64,000 nt of DNA from Nitrosopumilus sp. (GTDB lineage Archaea; Thermoproteota; Nitrososphaeria; Nitrososphaerales; Nitrosopumilaceae). Location: assembly GCA_965219345.1 (NCBI GenBank), contig OZ244732.1:864001-928000 (forward strand), in the 5' to 3' direction. Shown here piece by piece: positions 39,934 to 50,235 of the stretch (position 1 is its first letter; each line of letters opens with the position of its first letter). A program made the translations under genes and the position numbers. Below the pieces are notes generated by a model. It was not told where the DNA came from, searched no databases, and saw nothing but the letters and a program-made list of their open reading frames with translations.

Positions 39934-40018
39934 GATAAGATGGTATAGTTTGGTTAGTACGCCTCCCTTATGAGTAGGTCACATTCGAGTGGCGGGGGTT
40001 CAAATCCCTCTCTCGTCG
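39934..40018 (+). tRNA. Degenerate type-II tRNA (Leu/Ser-like body, TAT at the anticodon)
   Basis: GTTCAAATCCC T-arm, D-loop GG, long variable arm; mismatches in the acceptor and anticodon stems. Confidence 0.6.
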
Positions 40019-40095
40019 TTTTTATGATCCATTTTATGTTGATCATATTTTTAAAAAATTCTGAAGGATGGGATTTTATATGACTAACAAGGCCT

Positions 40096-40392
40096 ATGCA
40101 TTTGCACAAAACTTTTCAGATTATTTTAACAACAAGCAAACTACCTGAGAATGCACAACTAATATTCTTGCGATATTACAATTCATGTTCTGATATTGAC
40201 AATTTGTTTGGCATGTTCTTTGATGGGACAAAACGAATCCATACCGAAAACCGCAGACACGCTAAAAAGACAAATCAGATCCTAACTACAAAGGAGATGA
40301 AAAAAATCACGTCACGTGAGTTAATTACACTAGACAAGCCACTAGAATTTGTAACCTCCAATGAGGCAAGGCTGCGGGGTATTTTAATGTAA
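40096..40392 (+). CDS. Hypothetical protein (island)
   Basis: ORF only; may be decayed. Confidence 0.35.
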   Translation: MHLHKTFQIILTTSKLPENAQLIFLRYYNSCSDIDNLFGMFFDGTKRIHTENRRHAKKTNQILTTKEMKKITSRELITLDKPLEFVTSNEARLRGILM

Positions 40393-40811
40393 ATACAAAA
40401 AAAGATTTTTTATTATAGGTATTTGAAACATTCTCAATGGGTTATTATAAATCAAAATGTACAGTCCCTGGATGTGATTTTTTAGCATATACATTAAAAG
40501 AGATAAGGCAACATAAAAAAGAAGTTCATGCGTATTAACGTCAAGGGAGGATCCAAATCAAGAGTATCTATGCAAGTTTACAATTGGGCAGGATTCTATA
40601 TTCGGAATTATCACAGATGAGGACAGAGGCTCTGGTTGGAGTGAATGGGATGTAGACGATGAGGATGATGGCTATGTTGAAGATGATGACTAGTATGATA
40701 TATGGTTAGATTCATAACATCAAAACATGGGCGAAATTGAAAAACTCGTATATGTTGGATTAGGCATTACATTTCTCACCGGACTATCCATAGGTTATGT
40801 TATAACAAAAA

Positions 40812-40955
40812 TTATTTGAGACCTTTTCTTAAAACATCATTTAGTGTTTCTGAATAACTCACAGATCTCTGCTCTGAGTAAATTCTTTTTGCTTGAAGTG
40901 TGCGTAGTTTCTTGTCTATATCATCAGCCATCATTATTGTGATTCTTTTTGACAT
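40812..40955 (-). pseudogene. Ribbon-helix-helix protein, frameshifted
   Basis: MSKRITIMMADDIDKKLRTLQAK ... (shift) SVSYSETLNDVLRKGLK. Confidence 0.6.
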
Positions 40956-41044
40956 ATTATTACTATAATACTGTATTATTTTAGTTGATCGTATATTTTA
41001 GGCATGAAAATTTAAACTGTGTAAACATTACAATATTTTGATGG

Positions 41045-41680
41045 GGTTCTGTGAAGTTATGGGGTGGTAAATATGGATCTTCTCTGAAATGAAAAAATAC
41101 GCAGAGAGTGGGATTCAAACTTTTTCCTGCAAGGTGAATATGTCTGACATGGTTTGTTTTCTTGTCAAATATTTTCCTGCTTAACTTCATGTGGGGGGGG
41201 GGAAGAGGTTTGCAAAAAATTACCCCTTCTTTGGTGATAATTTTGAAATACTACAGAAATACATAGATGACGAATCTATAGGCTTGATATATCTTGACCC
41301 TCCGTTTAATTCCAACAGAGACTATAACGTGCTGTTCAAGACCAAGGATGACAAAGACTCTTCTGCATAAATCAAGGCGTTTGATGATCCATGGACTTGG
41401 GGAGAGGAATCTGCATTAAAGAACCCACATCTGAAATGAAAAAAGAGGCCACATCAGGTGAAATGTTTGAGACACCTATTGGCACAAAGCATTCAAGAAT
41501 CCAGATATACACAATCAAGGATTACTTTGATGGTAAGATGCCCGATCTTCCACAGACAAGCAATATAATGCAAGTTCCAAAACCTGAGCAGAAAAAGAAG
41601 GCCGGAAGACAAACCACACTTTAGATAAATTTTGAATCTGGAGAAGATCCATATTTACCACCCCATAACTTCACAGAACC
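41045..41680. mobile_element. IS6-family deletion derivative with methyltransferase passenger remnants
   Basis: Perfect 40-bp TIRs starting GGTTCTG; internal tnp fragment KTNHVRHIHLAGK matches the 53.7 kb copy. Confidence 0.85.
41231..41624 (+). pseudogene. N4/N6 DNA methyltransferase, internally deleted
   Basis: GDNFEIL...LIYLDPPFNSNRDYN...*IKAFDD joined to C-terminal RIQIYTIKDYFDG..PDLP. Confidence 0.75.
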
Positions 41681-41726
41681 GAATTAAGAATAATTAAAAT
41701 AATAGTTTCTGGAATAAATAGACATA

Positions 41727-41837
41727 ATGACTATAGCAGATGTAAGTTCCAGAACCAAGTATTTAGAAACTTTAGAAGCTATAATTAATGAGAATCAAGA
41801 TTTGTTTAATGCATTACAGCTAGATCAATTCAATTAA
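41727..41837 (+). CDS. 36-aa putative Doc antitoxin-like peptide
   Basis: LEAIINENQDLFNAL amphipathic helix, convergent on the doc-like gene. Confidence 0.45.
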   Translation: MTIADVSSRTKYLETLEAIINENQDLFNALQLDQFN

Positions 41838-42258
41838 TTTTCTCAATTCGTTCTCTAAGAAAATCTTCAACATCCGAAATTAGATCTGGCACATCATTTT
41901 CAAATTTATACATTAATTCTTCAAGCAGATCAAAAACATCTTTCTTTTGTTGTTTAGTATTAAATGGAAGATCATAATGCTCTAATCACAACATGAGAAT
42001 TGCAATATTCAAAGCTGTTCTTTTATTAGCATTTTTGAATGGTTGATTATATCCTAAACCAACTATCAAAATACTTATTTTTCTGATAATTCTTTCTCGT
42101 TTATCTTCAATCCTATCAACAATTTTGATATTAGAAATGATATCTCTCAATCTCTCGTGATCATCAAGACCAAATTCTTCATCAGACTGTTTACATATTT
42201 GTCTATTTGCTTCAATTACATGAGGTTCATCTAATTCACCATTAAAGAAATTAGACAT
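41830..42258 (-). pseudogene. doc: Fic/Doc family toxin with internal stop
   Basis: QPFKNANKRTA Fic motif; the frame continues 52 codons past the TGA at 41986. Confidence 0.8.
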
Positions 42259-42361
42259 GATTTTTTTATCAAATTATTGCTTTTAACTACGCTGGAAAGT
42301 TAGAGGTTGTTTTAGCTGGTTTCTGAGATTTTGAGGAAGTGTAAAGATAGGCTGGTGCTGG

Positions 42362-42565
42362 TCAGATCATCTTTAATTCTTTGAGAATTTTCTCTAGTTT
42401 AGGAAAAACATCACTAGGACAAGGATACTTTGGCTTGTTTCCAATCCTATTCCACGCTTTATGTTTTGTTGTTCCATGTTTTCTTTTGATATCTGCGATA
42501 TAACATGTCTTTACTGTTTTTCCGGTGCGTTCTTTGTAGAGTTTTTGGGCTTGGGCATAAGTCAT
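42362..42565 (-). CDS. Small basic protein (TY..Q....VKTCYIADIK family)
   Basis: Resembles the stand-alone domain found at the C-terminus of some RNA methyltransferases. Confidence 0.65.
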   Translation of the reverse strand: MTYAQAQKLYKERTGKTVKTCYIADIKRKHGTTKHKAWNRIGNKPKYPCPSDVFPKLEKILKELKMI

Positions 42566-42704
42566 ATTTACGATTTATTTTATGTAGTTTTTAACTTATA
42601 ATGTTTTTCAGCATTATTTTCACCTTTAATTTTTAACATCCTTCACAAATAACTCAAGTTCTGATCGTCATATTTAATATTAAGAAATAATGTAAATTAT
42701 ACAT

Positions 42705-42938
42705 ATGCCTCAATTCGAGTTTCGGGTTCTTTGCAGTAGCCATAAAACATGTGGCACTGTCATGGAAGGAATGAAAAAAATGAAATATTCGGATGTTATG
42801 AAAAGAAGTAATTTGGTAACAAGTGACCATTCTGCAAAACTAACATTGAAAAATGAAAACGAAGCTTATGAAAAAGCACAACAACTTTTGGCAAAGTATC
42901 CTGAAAAAATACATGATGTGACTGTCATATCATCATAG
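42705..42938 (+). CDS. Hypothetical protein
   Basis: ORF with upstream TATA-like box. Confidence 0.5.
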   Translation: MPQFEFRVLCSSHKTCGTVMEGMKKMKYSDVMKRSNLVTSDHSAKLTLKNENEAYEKAQQLLAKYPEKIHDVTVISS

Positions 42939-43136
42939 GTAAAAACAATGAGTAATAATCTTAGTGTTTACATTGTTGCTAGTAATGTATTAAAATTAAG
43001 AGTTAAATTAAAAAAATTTCAACATTCTAATCCATTTACAAGTGTCTTTATTTTAAATCACGATAGAGAAAGAAAGTATCATCCATGTTGTTAATATTAA
43101 ACAACCATATTCATCAAGCCCTCCTTTAACTCATCA

Positions 43137-43307
43137 GGTTCTGGTAAATTCTGGTGATCTGCACCATAAATCATTAGACATAGATCCTCTCCGAACCGCT
43201 CTTTGAAACCTTGGGATAACTAGTACTTGGTAATTTTCTCGAAATTATCTATCATAACCTTGCTGTTAAATTTTGGTGATCTTGATCACCGTTTTTTTAC
43301 CAGAACC
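43137..43307. mobile_element. MITE copy 1 (IS6-like TIR GGTTCTGGTAAA)
   Basis: Terminal IRs; homologous over full length to 50329-50500 and 54733-54904, in opposite orientation. Confidence 0.88.
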
Positions 43308-43394
43308 TTCCATAGATCAAATATTAAAAATGCAAATGATTCGTCCTGAACATTAAAAATAAAACCCACTATCTCATCCCCAAAATGGTGTTGA

Positions 43395-43676
43395 TTAAAT
43401 TTGGAAACCTGCATTGACAAGACGTTCCTCAATGGTATTTCTATAAAGATGATTCAGTGAATAAGTACGACCCTGTTTCTTTTTCTCAACTAGCCTATCA
43501 CTGACTAATTTTTTCAATTGTCTGTCTGTATTTTTGCCATTGTTTTTGACTACCATGCCCAGTCTTCTTCGCATTTTTTCATAGTTAGTATAGGCTTCAC
43601 CCCAGGCACCTTCTTGCCACAAATAAAATAAAATTGTATCTTGTATTTCAACATCAGTCATTGTGCTTTTAACCAA
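43395..43676 (-). CDS. Winged-helix-like protein
   Basis: LKKLVSDRLVEKKKQGRTYSLN. Confidence 0.65.
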   Translation of the reverse strand: MVKSTMTDVEIQDTILFYLWQEGAWGEAYTNYEKMRRRLGMVVKNNGKNTDRQLKKLVSDRLVEKKKQGRTYSLNHLYRNTIEERLVNAGFQI

Positions 43677-43737
43677 TGGTACTCAAATGATACTATTCTT
43701 AGATAGTCTTTAAGTATCGTGGTTTTGGGAATATAGT

Positions 43738-44154
43738 GTGTCCAAAGCAGAATCGGGAATCATTGCACTTTATGGAGATTCACCACGTATGAGAATGATT
43801 GAATTTTTCATGCAATTCCCAAAAAATGAATTTACTGTGCCTGAATTAATTGAGGGAATTGGTATGAGTAAAACTACTGCGTTCAAAGAAGTTTACAAAC
43901 TAAAACACAATGATATGGTTAAACAGTCAGGAAACATTGGAAAATCCCCCACATACAAAATCAATCTAAACAGTCCAATAGTGTACTCTATGCAAAAATT
44001 AGTTAGTCACAGAAGTAAAAAAATTGCAGGCTCACAACCGCTGAGAACACACAGAGTCTTACTTAGACAACGCATAGAATCATTGTACAACAGAGAGTTA
44101 ATGTTGAAAAATGAACTCAAAATAGTACGTACCAGAATTAAAGATAGAACATAA
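43738..44154 (+). CDS. wHTH transcriptional regulator
   Basis: GDSPRMRMIEFF..EFTVPEL..IGMSKTT...YKINLNSP. Confidence 0.75.
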   Translation: MSKAESGIIALYGDSPRMRMIEFFMQFPKNEFTVPELIEGIGMSKTTAFKEVYKLKHNDMVKQSGNIGKSPTYKINLNSPIVYSMQKLVSHRSKKIAGSQPLRTHRVLLRQRIESLYNRELMLKNELKIVRTRIKDRT

Positions 44155-44288
44155 ACACATGCACAAAGACAAAATACTCGAAATATATCATGATGAGATG
44201 CCTGAATTCCCACGAGAGTGGGAGAACCTTGGAATCATGATATGCGGACACCGAAATTATAATCTTGGTGACGAGCAATATGACAAAG

Positions 44289-44438
44289 GGTTCTGTGTAA
44301 TCTTCGGTACTTGAGAAATATGGATCTTCTAAGGATTCATTCAGTAGTCTTGTTTAGTGAGGCATTTTGTATGATCGTCTTCCATTTGTTCTTACCGTCC
44401 ACTTCAATTAGTGAGGCTTGAGCAGGGGTCTTGCCTTT
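44289..44438 (-). mobile_element. IS6 transposase 3' end plus TIR
   Basis: [27 protein letters not shown] matches 53.9 kb; GGTTCTGTG TIR at 44289. Confidence 0.85.
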
Positions 44439-44573
44439 CTTTAACTCAATTTTATTTTTGGATTCTGTTGCAACCCCAACACTATCGTATCCACGATATT
44501 CCATTCTTTTTAATCCCTTTACAATGATGGGCGCGGCAATCTTCTTTCCGTAGTAACCAATAATTGAACACAT
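44433..44573 (-). pseudogene. glmS: Glutamine--fructose-6-phosphate transaminase 5' fragment
   Basis: MCSIIGYYG...[14 protein letters not shown]. Confidence 0.85.
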
Positions 44574-44812
44574 AGCTATCCTCCTTGATATTTTGGGGTT
44601 ATTTACTGATAAGCCTATTTTTTTGATTCTTCTGTTGAAGAACCTTGCATGGGGACTGAGCTGCCGTACCGCGTCTTGGCCTGCAACTGCTGCCACAGGG
44701 CCCGTGTGATTCCTTGTGTTGTTTTGCTGATGATTTCTATGCAATCCTGTCAGCTGGAATTTTATATATATGAGCATTAACTACCATTTTTTGTGAGCAT
44801 CAACAGAATAAC

Positions 44813-44836
44813 GGGGGGGGGGGGGGTGTGTGTGTG
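44813..44836 (+). repeat. G14 homopolymer plus (TG)5 upstream of the giant gene
   Basis: Directly visible between TTTATATATA (44761) and ATG (44848). Confidence 0.85.
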
Positions 44837-44847
44837 AAAATAAAGAG

Positions 44848-47800
44848 ATGGAGAGAATTTCCTTTGTTATTTTAATTTCCACGCTGATGTTGGCCTCTTT
44901 GTCCATTGTTCCGGCACATGCGGCGGAGCACCCGACAATCACCGCAGCTTCTGTAACCTTGGCTACCAGCATAGTCCTGACGTATGATGAGAATGTAAAC
45001 GTCACAACGATAGACGGCGCAGGATTCGCCCTCTCTGACGGGGGAACGGTGACGGCAAACTCTGATCCCGAAGGTTCGGACGACACCATAACCCTTACCG
45101 TCTCTGGCATCACAACATCCGATGCTCCAGTTATAACTTACATCGCTCCACCTGGCACCGTGGTTGACGCGGAATCAAACCCGGCAGCAGACCAGACCTT
45201 TGACCGCACAACCGATAACGCGCCGCCAACCGTGTCCTCCATTGCAACTGCCGGCACATTGGCAATTGATATCGTACTGTCCGAAGACGTCACAATAAAC
45301 GGTGCGGCACCAGGAGACTTTGCGCTGTCCGGCACCATATCCACAAATCCTACCGTGACTGGAATCACGGCCGCTGCCGACACGGTCACCCCTGCCCTCA
45401 GCAGTGTGCTTGATAGTAATGATGTCATCAACCTGGCATACGACAAAACCACGGGCAGCATAGATGACATTCCTGCTCCTCCTCCTCCGTCCTTTGTCGG
45501 CTCCTTCTCGGTAGACTCACAAAACATCGTCCCACAAGGCCTGGCCTTCTCTGCTGACGGATACAAGATGTTTGTAATGGATTCTATCTTTGATTTGGTT
45601 AACGAGTACGCGCTGCCAAAGCCATTTACTTTGCTTCCGCAGCCAAACTCGCTTGCCAGCTTTGATGCAAGGTCGGTCACAAACAACATTGCATCACCAC
45701 GCGGTGAAATTGATCCCTCGATAGATACCACCCCACCGGAAATCACCGCAGCTGCCGTGACCTCCCTTACCGAGATACTCCTGACATACAGCGAGAACAT
45801 AGACGTCACAACCACAGACGGCGAAGGATTCGCCCTCTCTGACGGAGGAACGGTGTCGGCAAACTCTGATCCCGCCAGTACGGACGACACCATAACCCTT
45901 ACCGTCTCTGGCATCACCACAGCATCCGATGCTCCAAACGTGATTTACACCGAGTCTGATGGCTCCGTGACAGATACCGCGTCAAACCCGGCCGAAGACC
46001 AGACCTTTACTGACACCACCCCGCTACCAGATACTATTCCACCAACAATCACCGCAGCTGCCGTGACCTCCCTTACCGAGATACTCCTGACATACAGCGA
46101 GAACATAGACGTCACAACCACAGACGGCGAAGGATTCGCCCTCTCTGACGGAGGAACGGTGTCGGCAAACTCTGATCCCGCCAGTACGGACGACACCATA
46201 ACCCTTACCGTCTCTGGCATCACCACAGCATCCGATGCTCCAAACGTGATTTACACCGAGTCTGATGGCTCCGTGACAGATACCGCGTCAAACCCGGCCG
46301 AAGACCAGACCTTTACTGACACCACCCCGCTACCAGATACTATTCCACCAACAATCACCGCAGCTGCCGTGACCTCCCTTACCGAGATACTCCTGACATA
46401 CAGCGAGAACATAGACGTCACAACCACAGACGGCGAAGGATTCGCCCTCTCTGACGGAGGAACGGTGTCGGCAAACTCTGATCCCGCCAGTACGGACGAC
46501 ACCATAACCCTTACCGTCTCTGGCATCACCACAGCATCCGATGCTCCAAACGTGATTTACACCGAGTCTGATGGCTCCGTGACAGATACCGCGTCAAACC
46601 CGGCCGAAGACCAGACCTTTACTGACACCACCCCGCTACCAGATACTATTCCACCAACAATCACCGCAGCTGCCGTGACCTCCCTTACCGAGATACTCCT
46701 GACATACAGCGAGAACATAGACGTCACAACCACAGACGGCGAAGGATTCGCCCTCTCTGACGGAGGAACGGTGTCGGCAAACTCTGATCCCGCCAGTACG
46801 GACGACACCATAACCCTTACCGTCTCTGGCATCACCACAGCATCCGATGCTCCAAACGTGATTTACACCGAGTCTGATGGCTCCGTGACAGATACCGCGT
46901 CAAACCCGGCCGAAGACCAGACCTTTACTGACACCACCCCGCTACCAGATACTATTCCACCAACAATCACCGCAGCTGCCGTGACCTCCCTTACCGAGAT
47001 ACTCCTGACATACAGCGAGAACATAGACGTCACAACCACAGACGGCGAAGGATTCGCCCTCTCTGACGGAGGAACGGTGTCGGCAAACTCTGATCCCGCC
47101 AGTACGGACGACACCATAACCCTTACCGTCTCTGGCATCACCACAGCATCCGATGCTCCAAACGTGATTTACACCGAGTCTGATGGCTCCGTGACAGATA
47201 CCGCGTCAAACCCGGCCGAAGACCAGACCTTTACTGACACCACCCCGCTACCAGATACTATTCCACCAACAATCACCGCAGCTGCCGTGACCTCCCTTAC
47301 CGAGATACTCCTGACATACAGCGAGAACATAGACGTCACAACCACAGACGGCGAAGGATTCGCCCTCTCTGACGGAGGAACGGTGTCGGCAAACTCTGAT
47401 CCCGCCAGTACGGACGACACCATAACCCTTACCGTCTCTGGCATCACCACAGCATCCGATGCTCCAAACGTGATTTACACCGAGTCTGATGGCTCCGTGA
47501 CAGATACCGCGTCAAACCCGGCCGAAGACCAGACCTTTACTGACACCACCCCGCTACCAGATACTATTCCACCAACAATCACCGCAGCTGCCGTGACCTC
47601 CCTTACCGAGATACTCCTGACATACAGCGAGAACATAGACGTCACAACCACAGACGGCGAAGGATTCGCCCTCTCTGACGGAGGAACGGTGTCGGCAAAC
47701 TCTGATCCCGCCAGTACGGACGACACCATAACCCTTACCGTCTCTGGCATCACCACAGCATCCGATGCTCCAAACGTGATTTACACCGAGTCTGATGGCT

Positions 47801-50235
47801 CCGTGACAGATACCGCGTCAAACCCGGCCGAAGACCAGACCTTTACTGACACCACCCCGCTACCAGATACTATTCCACCAACAATCACCGCAGCTGCCGT
47901 GACCTCCCTTACCGAGATACTCCTGACATACAGCGAGAACATAGACGTCACAACCACAGACGGCGAAGGATTCGCCCTCTCTGACGGAGGAACGGTGTCG
48001 GCAAACTCTGATCCCGCCAGTACGGACGACACCATAACCCTTACCGTCTCTGGCATCACCACAGCATCCGATGCTCCAAACGTGATTTACACCGAGTCTG
48101 ATGGCTCCGTGACAGATACCGCGTCAAACCCGGCCGAAGACCAGACCTTTACTGACACCACCCCGCTACCAGATACTATTCCACCAACAATCACCGCAGC
48201 TGCCGTGACCTCCCTTACCGAGATACTCCTGACATACAGCGAGAACATAGACGTCACAACCACAGACGGCGAAGGATTCGCCCTCTCTGACGGAGGAACG
48301 GTGTCGGCAAACTCTGATCCCGCCAGTACGGACGACACCATAACCCTTACCGTCTCTGGCATTACCGACACATCCGATACTCCAGCCATCACCTATACCG
48401 ATTCACTTGGCACCGTAGCAGATACCGCGTCAAACCCAGCAGCAAACCAGACCTTTACCGGTACAACCGATAACGCGCCGCCAACCGTATCCTCCATTGC
48501 AACTGCTGGCACATCAACAATTGATATCGTGCTGTCCGAAGACGTTACAATAAACGGTGCGGCACCCGAAGACTTTGTGCTGTCCGGCACCATATCCACG
48601 GACCCGGTCGTAACCGAAATCACCGCCATTGCCGCTGCCAACACGGTCACCCTTACCCTTAACGATACGCTTGATCATGATGATGTCATCCTCCTGGCAT
48701 ACACCAAAACCACGGGCAGCATAGATGACATTCCTGCCGCTTCTGCCTTCCCTGACGGCTCCTTCTCGGTAGGTTCACAGGACACAACCCCAAACGGCCT
48801 GGCCTTCTCTGCTAACGGAACCAGCATGTTTGTCATAGGCAGCGGTAACGATGCCGTACACCAGTACGCGCTACCCGCCCCATTTGACATATCCAATGTC
48901 ACCGGCACATCGGATGTCTCCCATGTCGCCCGTTTACTGGTAGGTTCACAGGACACAACCCCAAACGGCCTGGCCTTCTCTGCTAACGGAACCAGCATGT
49001 TTGTCATAGGCAGCGTTAACGTTGCCGTATACCAGTACGCGCTACCCTCCCCATTTGACATATCCAATGTCACCGGCGTATCCAATGTCACCCTTGCCAG
49101 CTCCTTCCTGGTAGGTTCACAGGACATGTTCCCGCGAGACGTGGCCTTCTCCAACGACGGACACAGGATGTTTGTAGTGGGTGAACAGAGTGATGCCGTA
49201 CACCAGTACGATCTGGCCGCCCCCTTTGACGTATCCACTGCCTCCTATGACGACATCTCCTTCTCAGTACTTTCACAAGACAACTCCCCGCGGGGCCTGG
49301 CCTTCTCCAATGACGGAACCAGCATGTTTGTCATAGGCAGCGTTAACGTTGCCGTATACCAGTACGCGCTACCCGCCCCATTTGACATATCCCATGTCAC
49401 CGGCATATCGGATGTCTCCTATGCCGGCTCCTTCCCGGTAGGTTCACAAGAGTCATCCCCGCGAGGACTGGCCTTCTCCAACGACGGTACCAGGATGTTT
49501 GTAGTGGGCTCTAACAGCGATGCCGTACACCGGTACGCGCTGTCCGAACAGTTCAACCTGCTTCCGCAACCAAACTCGCTTGCCAGCTTTGCGGCAATTT
49601 CTGTCACAAACAACATTGCACCGCCCGTTGTGGATGATACGGAGAAACCAGAACCTGAACCGGAAAGAAAGCCCGAAAAGAGCGGCAGAGGCGGTGGCGG
49701 CGGTGGCGGCCGTACCGGCGTCAGTCCTAGCGGAGAACCCCTGTCCAACATTGAGCTTTACGGCGTTTCATGGAACTGTGAGACGGGCCTAATCCGAATA
49801 ATAACCGGTGATGACTCGTCTACGCTGTCGGTATCCGTCAGAACCTCCATTGGTGGCCTGGCCGAGGCCAGCCTGTCCGATGAAAGAATACCCGGCAGCA
49901 AGGTATTCACATCCCACATGGGGCCTTCCGAGACATACCTTGGCATACTGCTGGTGGACATAGCGGGACGGGACAGCAACATTAGAAACGAAAGCATCAG
50001 CATAAAACAGTGCGTTGGCGAGAAGACATATGATGGTGATAATAATGGTGATATGTCAGATACGCCAAAAAAGTCCCAGTCCAGTAGTAGCAGCAGCAGC
50101 GCATCCAAAGGCGACATGGAATGCAAGCCGGGCTTTACGCTGGTCAAGAACCTGAGAGATGATCTTGCCTGCCTCCTTGACCGCTCGGTACAGCCATTGA
50201 TAGAGCGCGGCTGGGCGGAATCAATAGTCGGATAA
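44848..50235 (+). CDS. Giant secreted surface protein (Ig/SwmB-like repeats plus beta-propeller blades)
   Basis: Signal peptide, T/D/S-rich 102-aa repeats, P.GLAFS.DG..MFV blades, Gly linker, C-terminal C...C...RGW domain; GC-rich. Confidence 0.9.
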   Translation: MERISFVILISTLMLASLSIVPAHAAEHPTITAASVTLATSIVLTYDENVNVTTIDGAGFALSDGGTVTANSDPEGSDDTITLTVSGITTSDAPVITYIAPPGTVVDAESNPAADQTFDRTTDNAPPTVSSIATAGTLAIDIVLSEDVTINGAAPGDFALSGTISTNPTVTGITAAADTVTPALSSVLDSNDVINLAYDKTTGSIDDIPAPPPPSFVGSFSVDSQNIVPQGLAFSADGYKMFVMDSIFDLVNEYALPKPFTLLPQPNSLASFDARSVTNNIASPRGEIDPSIDTTPPEITAAAVTSLTEILLTYSENIDVTTTDGEGFALSDGGTVSANSDPASTDDTITLTVSGITTASDAPNVIYTESDGSVTDTASNPAEDQTFTDTTPLPDTIPPTITAAAVTSLTEILLTYSENIDVTTTDGEGFALSDGGTVSANSDPASTDDTITLTVSGITTASDAPNVIYTESDGSVTDTASNPAEDQTFTDTTPLPDTIPPTITAAAVTSLTEILLTYSENIDVTTTDGEGFALSDGGTVSANSDPASTDDTITLTVSGITTASDAPNVIYTESDGSVTDTASNPAEDQTFTDTTPLPDTIPPTITAAAVTSLTEILLTYSENIDVTTTDGEGFALSDGGTVSANSDPASTDDTITLTVSGITTASDAPNVIYTESDGSVTDTASNPAEDQTFTDTTPLPDTIPPTITAAAVTSLTEILLTYSENIDVTTTDGEGFALSDGGTVSANSDPASTDDTITLTVSGITTASDAPNVIYTESDGSVTDTASNPAEDQTFTDTTPLPDTIPPTITAAAVTSLTEILLTYSENIDVTTTDGEGFALSDGGTVSANSDPASTDDTITLTVSGITTASDAPNVIYTESDGSVTDTASNPAEDQTFTDTTPLPDTIPPTITAAAVTSLTEILLTYSENIDVTTTDGEGFALSDGGTVSANSDPASTDDTITLTVSGITTASDAPNVIYTESDGSVTDTASNPAEDQTFTDTTPLPDTIPPTITAAAVTSLTEILLTYSENIDVTTTDGEGFALSDGGTVSANSDPASTDDTITLTVSGITTASDAPNVIYTESDGSVTDTASNPAEDQTFTDTTPLPDTIPPTITAAAVTSLTEILLTYSENIDVTTTDGEGFALSDGGTVSANSDPASTDDTITLTVSGITDTSDTPAITYTDSLGTVADTASNPAANQTFTGTTDNAPPTVSSIATAGTSTIDIVLSEDVTINGAAPEDFVLSGTISTDPVVTEITAIAAANTVTLTLNDTLDHDDVILLAYTKTTGSIDDIPAASAFPDGSFSVGSQDTTPNGLAFSANGTSMFVIGSGNDAVHQYALPAPFDISNVTGTSDVSHVARLLVGSQDTTPNGLAFSANGTSMFVIGSVNVAVYQYALPSPFDISNVTGVSNVTLASSFLVGSQDMFPRDVAFSNDGHRMFVVGEQSDAVHQYDLAAPFDVSTASYDDISFSVLSQDNSPRGLAFSNDGTSMFVIGSVNVAVYQYALPAPFDISHVTGISDVSYAGSFPVGSQESSPRGLAFSNDGTRMFVVGSNSDAVHRYALSEQFNLLPQPNSLASFAAISVTNNIAPPVVDDTEKPEPEPERKPEKSGRGGGGGGGRTGVSPSGEPLSNIELYGVSWNCETGLIRIITGDDSSTLSVSVRTSIGGLAEASLSDERIPGSKVFTSHMGPSETYLGILLVDIAGRDSNIRNESISIKQCVGEKTYDGDNNGDMSDTPKKSQSSSSSSSASKGDMECKPGFTLVKNLRDDLACLLDRSVQPLIERGWAESIVG
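45742..48362 (+). repeat. 306-bp tandem repeat (8 full copies plus a partial ninth)
   Basis: Unit starts at 45742, 46048, 46354, 46660, 46966, 47272, 47578, 47884, 48190; identical by eye. Confidence 0.95.

Noticed and set aside
44337-44777. 146-aa ORF as a real gene
   Set aside because: Chance read-through of upstream DNA, a glmS fragment and a transposase tail.
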